64,000 bases of DNA, from the NCBI GenBank assembly GCA_040437565.1, contig JBDOQK010000034.1, positions 248,001 through 312,000 on the forward strand. Reading direction: 5' to 3'. The position numbers and the translations under genes are program-made. Below the pieces are notes generated by a model, which saw only the letters and a program-made list of their open reading frames with translations, was not told where the DNA came from and did no database searches. Positions within the stretch are counted from its first letter, which is position 1, and every line of letters starts with the position of its first letter. This document shows positions 13,750 through 24,011 of the stretch, piece by piece. This stretch comes from Albugo candida. Taxonomy: Eukaryota.

Positions 13750-14895
13750 ATGTTCGGTCGTCTCGTGGGCCATCGAGATAAGTTGCGAATGACGCTTGCA
13801 GCTGCAAGTGGATGCCTCGTGAGTGGGATGTTTTTACGAGATACGAGTCTCCATTCGGGCCATAATGAAACGGAACCACTCGAACATATGAAATATCCAC
13901 GACCTCCGACGGTCGGCAAACAGCCAAAAATCAATGGTCTGAAAATTTTCAGCGGAAATGCAAATACAACATTAGCAGAAAATGTGGCCAAGCTGGTGGG
14001 TGTAGAGCTAGGAAAGATCACAGTTGACAGATTTGTCGATGGCGAAGTCGATGTCATGGTTCATGAAAATGTGCGTGGCAAGGACGTTTACATTGTGCAG
14101 CCAACATGCGTACCAGTGAATGAACATCTAATGGAGCTTTTGCTCATGGTTAGCACAATGCGTCGATCTTCCGCTCGTAGAATAACCGCTATCATTCCTT
14201 ATTATGGATATGCACGTCAAGATCGAAAAATGGCAGCACGAGTTCCTATCTCAGCTGCGGATGTTGCCCGTCTTCTCGAAGCCATGGGGGTCGATCGTGT
14301 CATCGCAGTTGATCTACACTGTGGTCAAATCCAAGGTTTTTTTGGACCCCGTGTTCCAGTCGATAATTTGGATGGTGGTCTCGTAGGTGTGTCTTACTTT
14401 GCGAACCATGAGTTAGTCAATCCTGTGATCGTCTCGCCTGATGCTGGCGGTGTTGCTCGAGCGAAAAAGTTTCGAGAGTGGCTTGTGGGTAAATATGGTG
14501 TGCAAAATGTGGGTCTTGCGATGATAATCAAGCAGCGTGTAAGAGCAAATGAGATCGATAAGATGGACCTAGTAGGTAATGTAGAAGGCTCCGATTGTAT
14601 TATTGTAGATGACATGATAGATACAGCGGGTACGTTGTGCAAAGCCGCTCAGCATTTAAACGATCATGGAGCTCGCAATGTGTATGCTTTTGCATCCCAC
14701 GGACTATTTAATGGCGCAGCTAGTGAGAGAATTCAAAAGTCCAATCTTAAAGAAGTTGTCGTGGTGAACACTACCCCGCTTCCAGAAAGCTGCAAAGACA
14801 ACGAGAAGATCACCCAGCTTGATATTGCGCCACTCATCGCAAAGGCAATTCAGAATATACATGATAAGAAGTCTGTATCAATGCTATTTGATTAG
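13750..14895 (+). CDS. PRPS: Ribose-phosphate pyrophosphokinase (PRPP synthetase) with N-terminal extension
   Basis: Motifs FVDGE, ENVRGKDVYIVQ, IPYYGYARQDRK, VDLH, VSPDAGG, IVDDMIDTAGT. The ORF opens at 13702; ATG 13750 (MFGRLVGHR) looks like an organellar transit peptide. Confidence 0.95.
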   Translation: MFGRLVGHRDKLRMTLAAASGCLVSGMFLRDTSLHSGHNETEPLEHMKYPRPPTVGKQPKINGLKIFSGNANTTLAENVAKLVGVELGKITVDRFVDGEVDVMVHENVRGKDVYIVQPTCVPVNEHLMELLLMVSTMRRSSARRITAIIPYYGYARQDRKMAARVPISAADVARLLEAMGVDRVIAVDLHCGQIQGFFGPRVPVDNLDGGLVGVSYFANHELVNPVIVSPDAGGVARAKKFREWLVGKYGVQNVGLAMIIKQRVRANEIDKMDLVGNVEGSDCIIVDDMIDTAGTLCKAAQHLNDHGARNVYAFASHGLFNGAASERIQKSNLKEVVVVNTTPLPESCKDNEKITQLDIAPLIAKAIQNIHDKKSVSMLFD

Positions 14896-14978
14896 AATTT
14901 GATTTTCATCCCCGCGCTTATGTTATAAATGATTCCTGCTTTTGTAACTGATAGTGTCAGCTACGTAACTGACTGCCA

Positions 14979-16328
14979 ATGAAGCAATCGGATCTGCCTC
15001 CAACATTGCCTTCTTATCTTCCGTCAACTACCAACACTTCCATTTCACACAATAAGGAAAGAGATTCTCGCGGTTTACATGCCACGCAATTGAATGCTGT
15101 AACGCCGACACAAACTTTAATGGGGGTAGGATCGAATATTCCGCTCATTCAGGTGGACAAACGACAAGGCTTACGAGAAGATAATGCTTCTGGAAACATA
15201 ACTTCTCGCATTTCAGCCGCCCAATTCACAGCTGGAACTGGAGGTTTAGCTTTCAATCCCAATCTATTGGCCAAAGTGAGTGGAACAGATCCCGCGCTAA
15301 TGGGATCTGAAGACATTCGACAAATCATGCGATGCCCCGATCTGCTATCAATTTATCAAAAGCTACAGGAAGAGGATGACCGGCGACAACGAAGGTGAAA
15401 TGTTGTGCGCTAGCAAGTATGCCGTGTATGCACAATAATAAAGTAAATATCTTGTAGACTGGAAAGAAATCGGGCATCAGCAAAAATGCGTCGAGAGAAA
15501 AAGAGGACAATGGTGGAAGTGTATGAAGCCAAAGTCAATAAACTTGAGCACTCACTCAACTTGATACGAGGTCATTCTTTCGGTGTTGGAAAAGAGAATG
15601 ATCTGGTGAATGCACTAGGTATCACAACTAATATCTATTTTCCTGAATTGATTCTGACGAAATTGAACTTGGATGAAGAGTATTGTGGTGAAGAACATAT
15701 GCGTCATGTATCAATGGCCAAAGAGGCTAAACAGGAACGTCTAACGCACATGCTCACTCAGCATTGTAAATTCAGTAATTCTGTAGGTCAATCGATCCGG
15801 ACTAATATGTGAAAATCTTACTGACCGATATGATGCAGATACGAAAGGCTGGATGGGAAATTCAAGTTCTTGCAGATGATAAATCAAAGCTTTTTGAGTC
15901 TCTGAAAGCAGAACTGAATCTTACTGACGAACAGATCGTTTTGCTGCGATTGTTAAGTGCGGAAATTGAGCATGAAGTTTTTTATTTAGAGATCATAAAT
16001 AAGTGCTTCTCGGCATTGCGAACTCACGAATGGTTGTACTTTCCTGGCATGGAGGTAGTGTATCTTTTCCAAGGCCTGGATGAGCGTAACTTTCTCCCTG
16101 GCATTCAGACACTATTCTCCAACACAAAAGCGGCACTGAGCTTTCAGCAACTTCATAAACTTTTACGCTTCACGACCGAGAATCAAGAAACTATACGCAA
16201 TTTGAAAGTAAGAAACAACATTTATTCTTTTCTGAGCTAAGCTTTACTTTCAGATCTCCAACTCGTCGAGCACAGAGCCCGAAAGCAATCAAGAGACTCA
16301 GATTTACTTCAAATTGAGCGACGAGTAA
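14979..16328 (+). CDS. bZIP transcription factor (multi-exon)
   Basis: Intron 15395-15457 (GT..AG) joins EEDDRRQR-R-LERNRASAKMRREKKR...VNKLEHSLNLI, a basic region N-x7-R plus zipper. Further short introns follow; probable stop at 16328. Confidence 0.85.
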
Positions 16329-16876
16329 GCCAACCGCAGCATCCCACAANNNNNNNNNNNNNNNNNNNNNNNNNNNNNNNNNNNNNNNNNNNNNNNNNNN
16401 NNNNNNNNNNNNNNNNNNNNNNNNNNNNNNNNNNNNNNNNNNNNNNNNNACTGACGAACAGATCGTTTTGCTGCGATTGTTAAGTGCGGAAATTGAGCAT
16501 GAAGTTTTTTATTTAGAGATCATAAATAAGTGCTTCTCGGCATTGCGAACTCACGAATGGTTGTACTTTCCTGGCATGGAGGTAGTGTATCTTTTCCAAG
16601 GCCTGGATGAGCGTAACTTTCTCCCTGGCATTCAGACACTATTCTCCAACACAAAAGCGGCACTGAGCTTTCAGCAACTTCATAAACTTTTACGCTTCAC
16701 GACCGAGAATCAAGAAACTATACGCAATTTGAAAGTAAGAAACAACATTTATTCTTTTCTGAGCTAAGCTTTACTTTCAGATCTCCAACTCGTCGAGCAC
16801 AGAGCCCGAAAGCAATCAAGAGACTCAGATTTACTTCAAATTGAGCGACGAGTAAGCCAACCGCAGCATCCCACAA
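15923..16876. repeat. Assembly gap (N 16350-16449) with 427-bp duplicated flanks (15923-16349 = 16450-16876)
   Basis: Identical sequence on either side of the gap; this explains the duplicate ORF 16468-16767. Confidence 0.95.
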
Positions 16877-17682
16877 TCACATCACTCGATGTGGCTCATC
16901 CATAGTGAGCACCGTTATTTGTATTGGAGCGACATTGAGGTCATGCGAGCATTAGACCTTTTGTCAAACGTCGAATCCGTTCTCTTCCAAACAGAGACAA
17001 AGTAGCAAACAAATCAAGAATACGAACGATGTTCGGCTTTATCGTCCCTCCGAATCATCGCAAGCGGTATCTTAGTCACAAGTGTTGATCGATTACGCTT
17101 TGTGCACTTGCACTACCTTTTCATTCACATGCTCTTATTACAAATTGTACGATATGGTATCAGAAAAATCGACAGAAAAGTAACATTTGATTACTCCATT
17201 ACGTACAGAAATGGACATATTGTACTCGAATTTCGGCTGTTAGCTACTCTCATTTAAACAGTTCGTCACGCGATCAATACTTTGAATGGTGTCTAAGAGC
17301 GATCGTCAAAAATGTTTAGGCCTTGACCAGCTGTCTTATTTAGTTAATGATGTAGTGCATTTTACATGTTCTCCGATCGTAACAGCATTCGCTCTACTAC
17401 ACGCAACTGAACAGCAAAATGGAGTAGGAGTCAGATCTCGAAGCAAAAATAGAAGAAATCGATTCTAATCTACCCAATCAGCTCGAATTATGTATGGCTC
17501 AGTTCCAATATGATACAAATTGCCCCATTTCTGTCAGATTACAAATTTGGTACTCTCTGTGTCACTCTCTGCCCTGACGCAGACCTCGCATTTTCTATTT
17601 TGACATGCCCACCTTTTCACTGAGACGACTGGCCTGATCGTTTTCAAGGGACCTTGTAAAACTCAGTAACAAATAGGGACAC

Positions 17683-20103
17683 ATGCCGCAACATGGTTTA
17701 GAGAAATTGGCGCATGATCGATCGCACAAGATCTCCCAATCGTTGTCGTGGGATCATAAATCCAATCGATATACGCGTTCTCGTCCCAATCCTTTCCTTC
17801 GATCGTGCGCGTGTGAAAAATGCTTGGAACAAGAGCCGCAAGAAAGCTCTCCTCCGTTTCGTTTCTTGCAAAGACAACAAACTGAGTACCAAGAGTACGA
17901 GAGTCTTCGGAATGAGATGCTGTATGAGTTTGCGCTAGATTTGCATAGAAATATGCTGACAAATAGTCGACGTAAATTCTTATTTCGAGTGTATCGAGAC
18001 TGTTTCTCGGGAATGGAGGCAGTGCATTGGATGCTGCAAGCCCGAAAAGTGAGCTCGCTGCATACAGCGATTCTCAGAGGACAATCGCTTTTACAAGCAA
18101 AATATATTGAAGGTGTTATAAAGGACGGAGCCAGAATATTTTCTTACGACAGAAAGCGTTTATATGTTTTTTCAACGATGTTTTTAATGACAATCCAAAA
18201 TGATTTCGCTACAAGCAATTCCACTCATGAATGCACAGCTGGGACCTCTTCAATTTGCCATGATCCTACGTATGCTTACAAGCTCTATACAGCTCCCATA
18301 CTGGAAGCCAGGTCGGAATCTGCTTTGTCATCGGAGAGACCACCGCCTGGAAAAGGCTGTGGCTCTTTTTTTCTCAAAGCAGCCATGTGTGCGCGAGAAT
18401 CAATCGTCGTGGAAAGGTCGAATGCATCCTCTCTCGATAATTCCGAATATGATCTTCTTGACGGTGATCTCAATCAGAGTATACAGCCATTACATCATGC
18501 TGCACGACAAAGGGCGCTAGCTGCGCTAGTTGGTGGTTTTGTCGCCGAGGCTGCCTCCACTTCACTGAATGGAGTCCCGGATCCGTTAAAACTCATTCCA
18601 GAATTCAAATTTCACAGTCGCGATCCAGCTTTTTTTGACACAGCAACAGTCAGCAGAGCATCGGAACAAAACAGTTATCGAATTTCGCTGAGCAAAAAAT
18701 TATTCAGCAGGGATCTCGACCAAAGCTTCTGCAACAACAACGTTAGCATCACTGAGAATGTGAAGCCTTCCTCCACTGGTGTCGAAGCTCGATCCGTTTT
18801 ACACTGCTTTGCGCAACGTAAACAATTGAGTGCAAAGGAAATCGCTAAAGATATTTTGCAAGCCTTCCAGATGCAGAAATCATTACTGGGTCGGGCAGCT
18901 CGCGATTTCGTCGAGAAGGCTGAAAGAAAAGGAGAGAATGTATCTGATTGTTCCGTACACTGCGGTTCCATCGATGTGCTGGTTCTAATTCCCCCTCTCA
19001 TTGTTTTGTATGCTGGGACGCCACAACTCTTCACCAAAGTGAAGCAATATGTGCTCATGTTTTACTCCGGAGCGTACGTAATGGATGTGGCAATGATCGC
19101 TGCATTTGTTCTTGAACAAATCATATTGGGTGCCACCATTCTGGACGCATTGCGAAAAGCAATGCGGTGCGATCATCTCACATCGCGGCAACGGAGTGCG
19201 ATTTACAAATCCTTCACGCAATCTCAGAATCCCACACAGTACGTCTTGCAGAAATATGGAAAGTATGGCAGCAAAGCACGTGGTCTCTACACAATTCTCC
19301 AGCCCTTATTTGCCGAGAATGAGTATAAAGCTGCCATACGTGAAAATATCCTTGGAGGCGGTCGTTCATGCCGAAGAGCAATTTTTCTCGGTGCATGTTT
19401 TGCTGCCCAAGAAGGCTTACAATGCATTCCGAGAGAATGGATTGCAAAAACCCCTTTTTTTGAATTTATTGAAGCCGATATAAAAGCAATTGTCCAACAG
19501 CGCGATTTGTTGCATAGTGTCGAGACCGACAATGGAATACATGGCGAGCGGAATATCCTGGACGATGATCGAGAAGCTAAGCGTGCGTCTATCGTCAGCT
19601 CTCTATTACGACCAACCGAAATTGGATCTTTATATTCTGACGATATGCGACAACGGGACAGTGCTTACAGTCTCGCAGAAAATGAACGACCAAGCACGGC
19701 TTCCCTCCAACCTGTTGGCTCTAAATCTTTATCAGCGTCTAACATTTCTCGTGAGAGCTTTCGGTCGGATTTAATCGATTTTGGAGATCTTCAAAAGTTT
19801 TATCTTACGGAGCCAGTCAGAGGTTCGTCAATCACGTGTACGTCTTCAACACAGTCTTCTCCACCGCAGTCATCCAACAACAAGAAATACGAGCCTCACC
19901 CAACCAATACGATCAAATTATCACGGCCACCACCTCCTCCTCCTCCGTCGACAATCTCACCCGCTGTAACAACCGGAGACAGCGAGCTTTCCCATTGTGC
20001 CGAGGAAATGAAAATCTTGGTCACACAATCGATCGCATTCCAGATTCTATCCATCGACTCGCCAGAAAATCACAGTCCATGTCTCCTTCGAGTTGAGCAT
20101 TGA
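17683..20103 (+). CDS. DEP domain + ADP-ribosylglycohydrolase-fold (J1-crystallin/SelJ-like) protein with Ser/Pro-rich tail
   Basis: DEP: YRDCFSGMEAVHWML...AILRGQSLLQAKYI...F...LYVF. ARH fold: RALAALVGGFVAEAA...PLIVLYAG...YKAAIRENILGGGRSCRRAIFLGACFAAQEGLQCIPREW. Confidence 0.8.
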   Translation: MPQHGLEKLAHDRSHKISQSLSWDHKSNRYTRSRPNPFLRSCACEKCLEQEPQESSPPFRFLQRQQTEYQEYESLRNEMLYEFALDLHRNMLTNSRRKFLFRVYRDCFSGMEAVHWMLQARKVSSLHTAILRGQSLLQAKYIEGVIKDGARIFSYDRKRLYVFSTMFLMTIQNDFATSNSTHECTAGTSSICHDPTYAYKLYTAPILEARSESALSSERPPPGKGCGSFFLKAAMCARESIVVERSNASSLDNSEYDLLDGDLNQSIQPLHHAARQRALAALVGGFVAEAASTSLNGVPDPLKLIPEFKFHSRDPAFFDTATVSRASEQNSYRISLSKKLFSRDLDQSFCNNNVSITENVKPSSTGVEARSVLHCFAQRKQLSAKEIAKDILQAFQMQKSLLGRAARDFVEKAERKGENVSDCSVHCGSIDVLVLIPPLIVLYAGTPQLFTKVKQYVLMFYSGAYVMDVAMIAAFVLEQIILGATILDALRKAMRCDHLTSRQRSAIYKSFTQSQNPTQYVLQKYGKYGSKARGLYTILQPLFAENEYKAAIRENILGGGRSCRRAIFLGACFAAQEGLQCIPREWIAKTPFFEFIEADIKAIVQQRDLLHSVETDNGIHGERNILDDDREAKRASIVSSLLRPTEIGSLYSDDMRQRDSAYSLAENERPSTASLQPVGSKSLSASNISRESFRSDLIDFGDLQKFYLTEPVRGSSITCTSSTQSSPPQSSNNKKYEPHPTNTIKLSRPPPPPPPSTISPAVTTGDSELSHCAEEMKILVTQSIAFQILSIDSPENHSPCLLRVEH

Positions 20104-20370
20104 ACGTTCGAGTATTTATCATCAAAGTAGCACATGTTTGTGATTAAAATGGCAGATTAGCCTATCACTTGTGTGGCTCAAAATAGCGATAAAGTTTGTA
20201 ATGTTCGCCATCGATAAGTAACGTGTGAACATTTTCTGCGCTCGTCAGTTTCGCAACAAAACACAGAAAACACTGAACAATACAGTAGAAGGTGCTCATA
20301 ACTCATACTTTTCATCTAATTCATCTATTTTATCTGTTCTTTCTGTTTATTGTTCCGAATACGGTCAAAG

Positions 20371-22176
20371 ATGCATTCAGAACTCCGAGATGGATTACAC
20401 ATCCAGCAAGTCGATTATTATGACGGCCAATCGATATTTTGCAATTCGCAATTGTGTTACAGTCTTGGAGAATATCTGGGAGGAGGTACCGCAGGCGTGT
20501 ACGTTGAGCTCAGCTATTCTTCCATTTGTGTTCGCTTACTGGATTTGGTGCAAGCAGTGTCTACNNNNNNNNNNNNNNNNNNNNNNNNNNNNNNNNNNNN
20601 NNNNNNNNNNNNNNNNNNNNNNNNNNNNNNNNNNNNNNNNNNNNNNNNNNNNNNNNNNNNNNNNGTACGTTGAGCTCAGCTATTCTTCCATTTGTGTTCG
20701 CTTACTGGATTTGGTGCAAGCAGTGTCTACAAAGCTTTTTGCCATCGAACAAATTGTGTGCGTCGCTGCAACTGCGGTCGATTCTATATCTCATTTGTGT
20801 CAATTAGCATGTTGCAATCAAGATTTTAAATCCTGTGGGGTACAAGCTGGTGTCTCCATCGTTTCTTCCACGTTGTCTGATTGCTGTCCGCGGGAAGGCA
20901 GTGACCACCGCTATAGAAAATCCACATGAGCTAAAGATGGAGTACGTCTTCATTTTTCCATCTTTGAGCTTTGAATAAATTAATGACGTTCTATAGGAAC
21001 GTATTCTGGCTGATTCATCCGACAACAAAGCAGGTTATAACTGCCTGGGAAGACCCGACAACGCAATCGTTAAAAGAACTTCATTTAGCACAATGTATCG
21101 CATTGTGGAAGGATGAGATCACGGAAGCAGACGCGTACAACAAGTGCATTGACACTGTCATGCAGCATCAGCGGTGGAATTTTCCACGAATTCCAAGGAA
21201 ATTTCTGAAGTTTCTCGAGATGCAGCGATGTATCCGTCGTGAGATGGCGGCGATGTCGAGATTGAAACATCATAATAATGTTCTCAAATTGGAGGAAGTT
21301 TTGGAGTTTGTTGAGGAGGCAAAGTGCACAACATTTCTTGTTCTTGAGCTGGCGACTGGAGGCGACTTGTTCGATCGACTTCGCAACCGTGGCGCTGATG
21401 AAGAATTCGCGCGTTTTTACTTTCGACAATTGGTCGAGGGTGTCGCGTTTTGTCACGCGTCGGGCATCTGTCATCGCGATTTGAAATTAGACAATTTGAT
21501 TTTAGCTGATGATCGAGTTCACTCAGTACTCAAAATTGCGGATTTTGGGCTTTCTGCCATTGTTTCAAAGACAACAGGTGATCACTCAGACGGCAAGTCC
21601 AATTTCCGCAGACTCCAATCAGTTATCGGATCCCCATATTATGTCGCTCCAGAAGCGCTGCATGACGCTGGAACCGGCTACGATGGTTTCAAAGCAGACG
21701 GATGGTCGATCGGTGTCATTTTATACGCTATGGTAACAGGAGTGATGCCTTTCGGAAAAAATTTGCCGTCATGTCCGCGTTTTGCTTGTTTTAAAAGCAT
21801 ATTTAGCGACTTGAAACATGAAAACACATCAACCAGAATAGTTGATTCGTTCGATCTCGCAAGTCACTCGCCAAATTGGTTATTCCCTTCTCAGCTATCA
21901 GACGAGCTCAAGGGATTACTCTCCCTTTTATTACATCCCGACCCGTGCTCGCGATTGTCAGTCGAAGAATGCTTACAGGACCCGTGGGTGCTGAAACAAA
22001 CGTTCACTGCAAACGCACCAATCTGCTTAGAGCTTTGTGAGAACAAAACCGGCAATAGTCCTGTTTTTGAAACAGATTCAAAGTGCAATTTCTCAAGAGA
22101 TTCTCAGTGTAACTTCAGTTTGAGCAAAAACAATTCGCTCTCATCGATAACGTCAAGCCTATCGCCCTCACCGTGA
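20371..22176 (+). CDS. Ser/Thr protein kinase (CAMK/SNF1-like) with a long N-lobe insert, 4 exons
   Basis: Spliced exons give LGEYLGGGTAGVVYKA, HVAIKIL, RREMAAM, ELATGGDLF, HRDLKLDN, KIADFG, GSPYYVAPE, DGWSIGVILY. A gap with a 66-bp overlap (20499-20564 = 20665-20730) lies inside. Confidence 0.9.
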
Positions 22177-22566
22177 ACGTTAATATCAGATAGCATGTCG
22201 TGCTATTTTGTAAGATCAACGGCTTAGACTATAGTGTGTAAGTTCATTAGCTAATTCATGTTAGTTTTGTCGACTGAAAATCTAGATAGAAATTTTTCCG
22301 ATCTAAATAAGCTGGTACTTGATTTGATTTTTAACATCAACAAAAGAGAAATTTCGAACCAGCTCAGTCGTTTCAGTTATGCGTGTAATTTCATTGCAGA
22401 TTGGCGTCATCGAGCAAGTATCAAAAACGTGTATTTAGTTTGGGCCAAATATCTGCCGTCAAATTGCACCTCAAATTTCAATAATTCAGCCATCCTTGCT
22501 GAATCGTCTAGCACTATTTTGATTCATTCATTGCTCACCGGATTGTATTTTGTAACTACTCATATA

Positions 22567-23820
22567 CTACTTGCAATACAAATTACGGTCGATGACGGGT
22601 GGTATCGGTCGTATCTCTGTACCCAGTTCTTGCTCAATTCGATACAAATTGAATCGATCGTCATACGTGATCATACTGATCGCCAATCCTAAATGCCCAA
22701 AACGTCCTGAGCGACCGATTCGGTGCAAGTAAGTTTCAGAGTTTTTTGGAAAGTCGAAGTTGATGACGACATTGACCGTTTGTATATCGATACCACGCGT
22801 AAACAAATCTGAACACACCAAATGCCGAGTAGCCCCATTCCGAAATTCGTGAAATACACGATTTCGATGAGCCTGGCTCATTTTCGCGTGTATATAAAAG
22901 CACGAGTATCCCAATTCTGTAACTTTCTTCGCTAGTAACTCTACTCGATTGACCGAGTTGCAAAAAATGATCGACTGATTGATGTCGAGTTTGGAGAAAA
23001 GTGTGTTTAAGCAATGAACTTTTTGACGCTCCTCAACAAATGCATAGAACTGTGAAACACCTTTGAGTGTTAATTCGTCCATGAGGTTTATTTCGTAAGG
23101 ATTTTCAATGAAACGATCTTTGAAGGCTTTGACCGTGACCGGAAAGGTTGCAGAAAACAGACAGATTTGCCGTTTTTTTGCGGTGTGATTGAGCAATTGT
23201 TCCAATAAAGGCTGAAATTCAGGAGAGAGTAATTTGTCAGCTTCATCCATAATCACCGTAGAGCAATTACTCAAATCCGCAACTCCTTTATTGGCTAGAT
23301 CCATGATTCTTCCTGGTGTGCCAACTAATATATGCACTGTATTGTACAATCTCATAATATCGTCTTTGAGTGAGGTGCCTCCAGTAGAGACCATACATTC
23401 TACACCCATGTGCTTTCCAATTTCTTTCACAATGGCGGACGTTTGTAATGCTAATTCTCTTGTTGGCACTAAAATTAAAACCTGAATGTGATTCTTGCTC
23501 GTTTCCGTTTTCTCAAGACATGGAATAATAAACGCTGCCGTTTTTCCCGTTCCGTTCTTAGCACGTGCCATTACGTTCCTACCGGCCAAAATAATTGGAA
23601 CTGCTTCTTCTTGTATCGGAGAAGGATGTTCAAAACCTTTCTCGAAGATTCCCATCAACAGTTCACGTTTCAAAAAATAATCCTCAAATTCGTTGCCTTT
23701 TACATTAGTCACATCCTCTGTCTGGATGCGTGTGTCTTTTCCAGGTCGCTTCAAACCGGCTTTCCAGTCTTCTTCGTCATTCGCAGCAGCTCGAGCTGAG
23801 TGTCGGCCGTCCATTGCCAT
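22567..23820 (-). CDS. DDX6: DEAD-box RNA helicase DDX6/Dhh1/Me31B
   Basis: [65 protein letters not shown]; intronless; start at MAMDGR. Confidence 0.97.
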   Translation of the reverse strand: MAMDGRHSARAAANDEEDWKAGLKRPGKDTRIQTEDVTNVKGNEFEDYFLKRELLMGIFEKGFEHPSPIQEEAVPIILAGRNVMARAKNGTGKTAAFIIPCLEKTETSKNHIQVLILVPTRELALQTSAIVKEIGKHMGVECMVSTGGTSLKDDIMRLYNTVHILVGTPGRIMDLANKGVADLSNCSTVIMDEADKLLSPEFQPLLEQLLNHTAKKRQICLFSATFPVTVKAFKDRFIENPYEINLMDELTLKGVSQFYAFVEERQKVHCLNTLFSKLDINQSIIFCNSVNRVELLAKKVTELGYSCFYIHAKMSQAHRNRVFHEFRNGATRHLVCSDLFTRGIDIQTVNVVINFDFPKNSETYLHRIGRSGRFGHLGLAISMITYDDRFNLYRIEQELGTEIRPIPPVIDRNLYCK

Positions 23821-24011
23821 TTCTTTAAAAGGGGGCGTACTAAAACACGTTCTGTTATAAGACAACGTATCCAAATGTGATACGTTACTGTTAGATGCTA
23901 TGGAAGAAAACTTAACGGAAATTTGATGAATGTACAAAAAGACAATTTTTGTTATCGCGTTAAATGCATGGATGAGTTCGTACTCCAGCTAAAGCGAAAT
24001 ATCTGATCAGA

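Noticed and set aside
15458-15510. Possible atypical oomycete bZIP with a substituted DNA-binding Asn
   Set aside because: The spliced basic region has the canonical Asn (LERNRASAKMRR)
16468-16767. Second copy of bZIP 3' exons
   Set aside because: Identical duplicate flanking an N gap; assembly artefact
19931-19950. CCT/CCA trinucleotide run
   Set aside because: Simply encodes the poly-proline tract of the DEP-ARH protein
22258-22692. 144-aa plus-strand ORF antisense to the DDX6 3' end, and many similar short antisense ORFs
   Set aside because: No motifs, atypical composition; shadows of real genes
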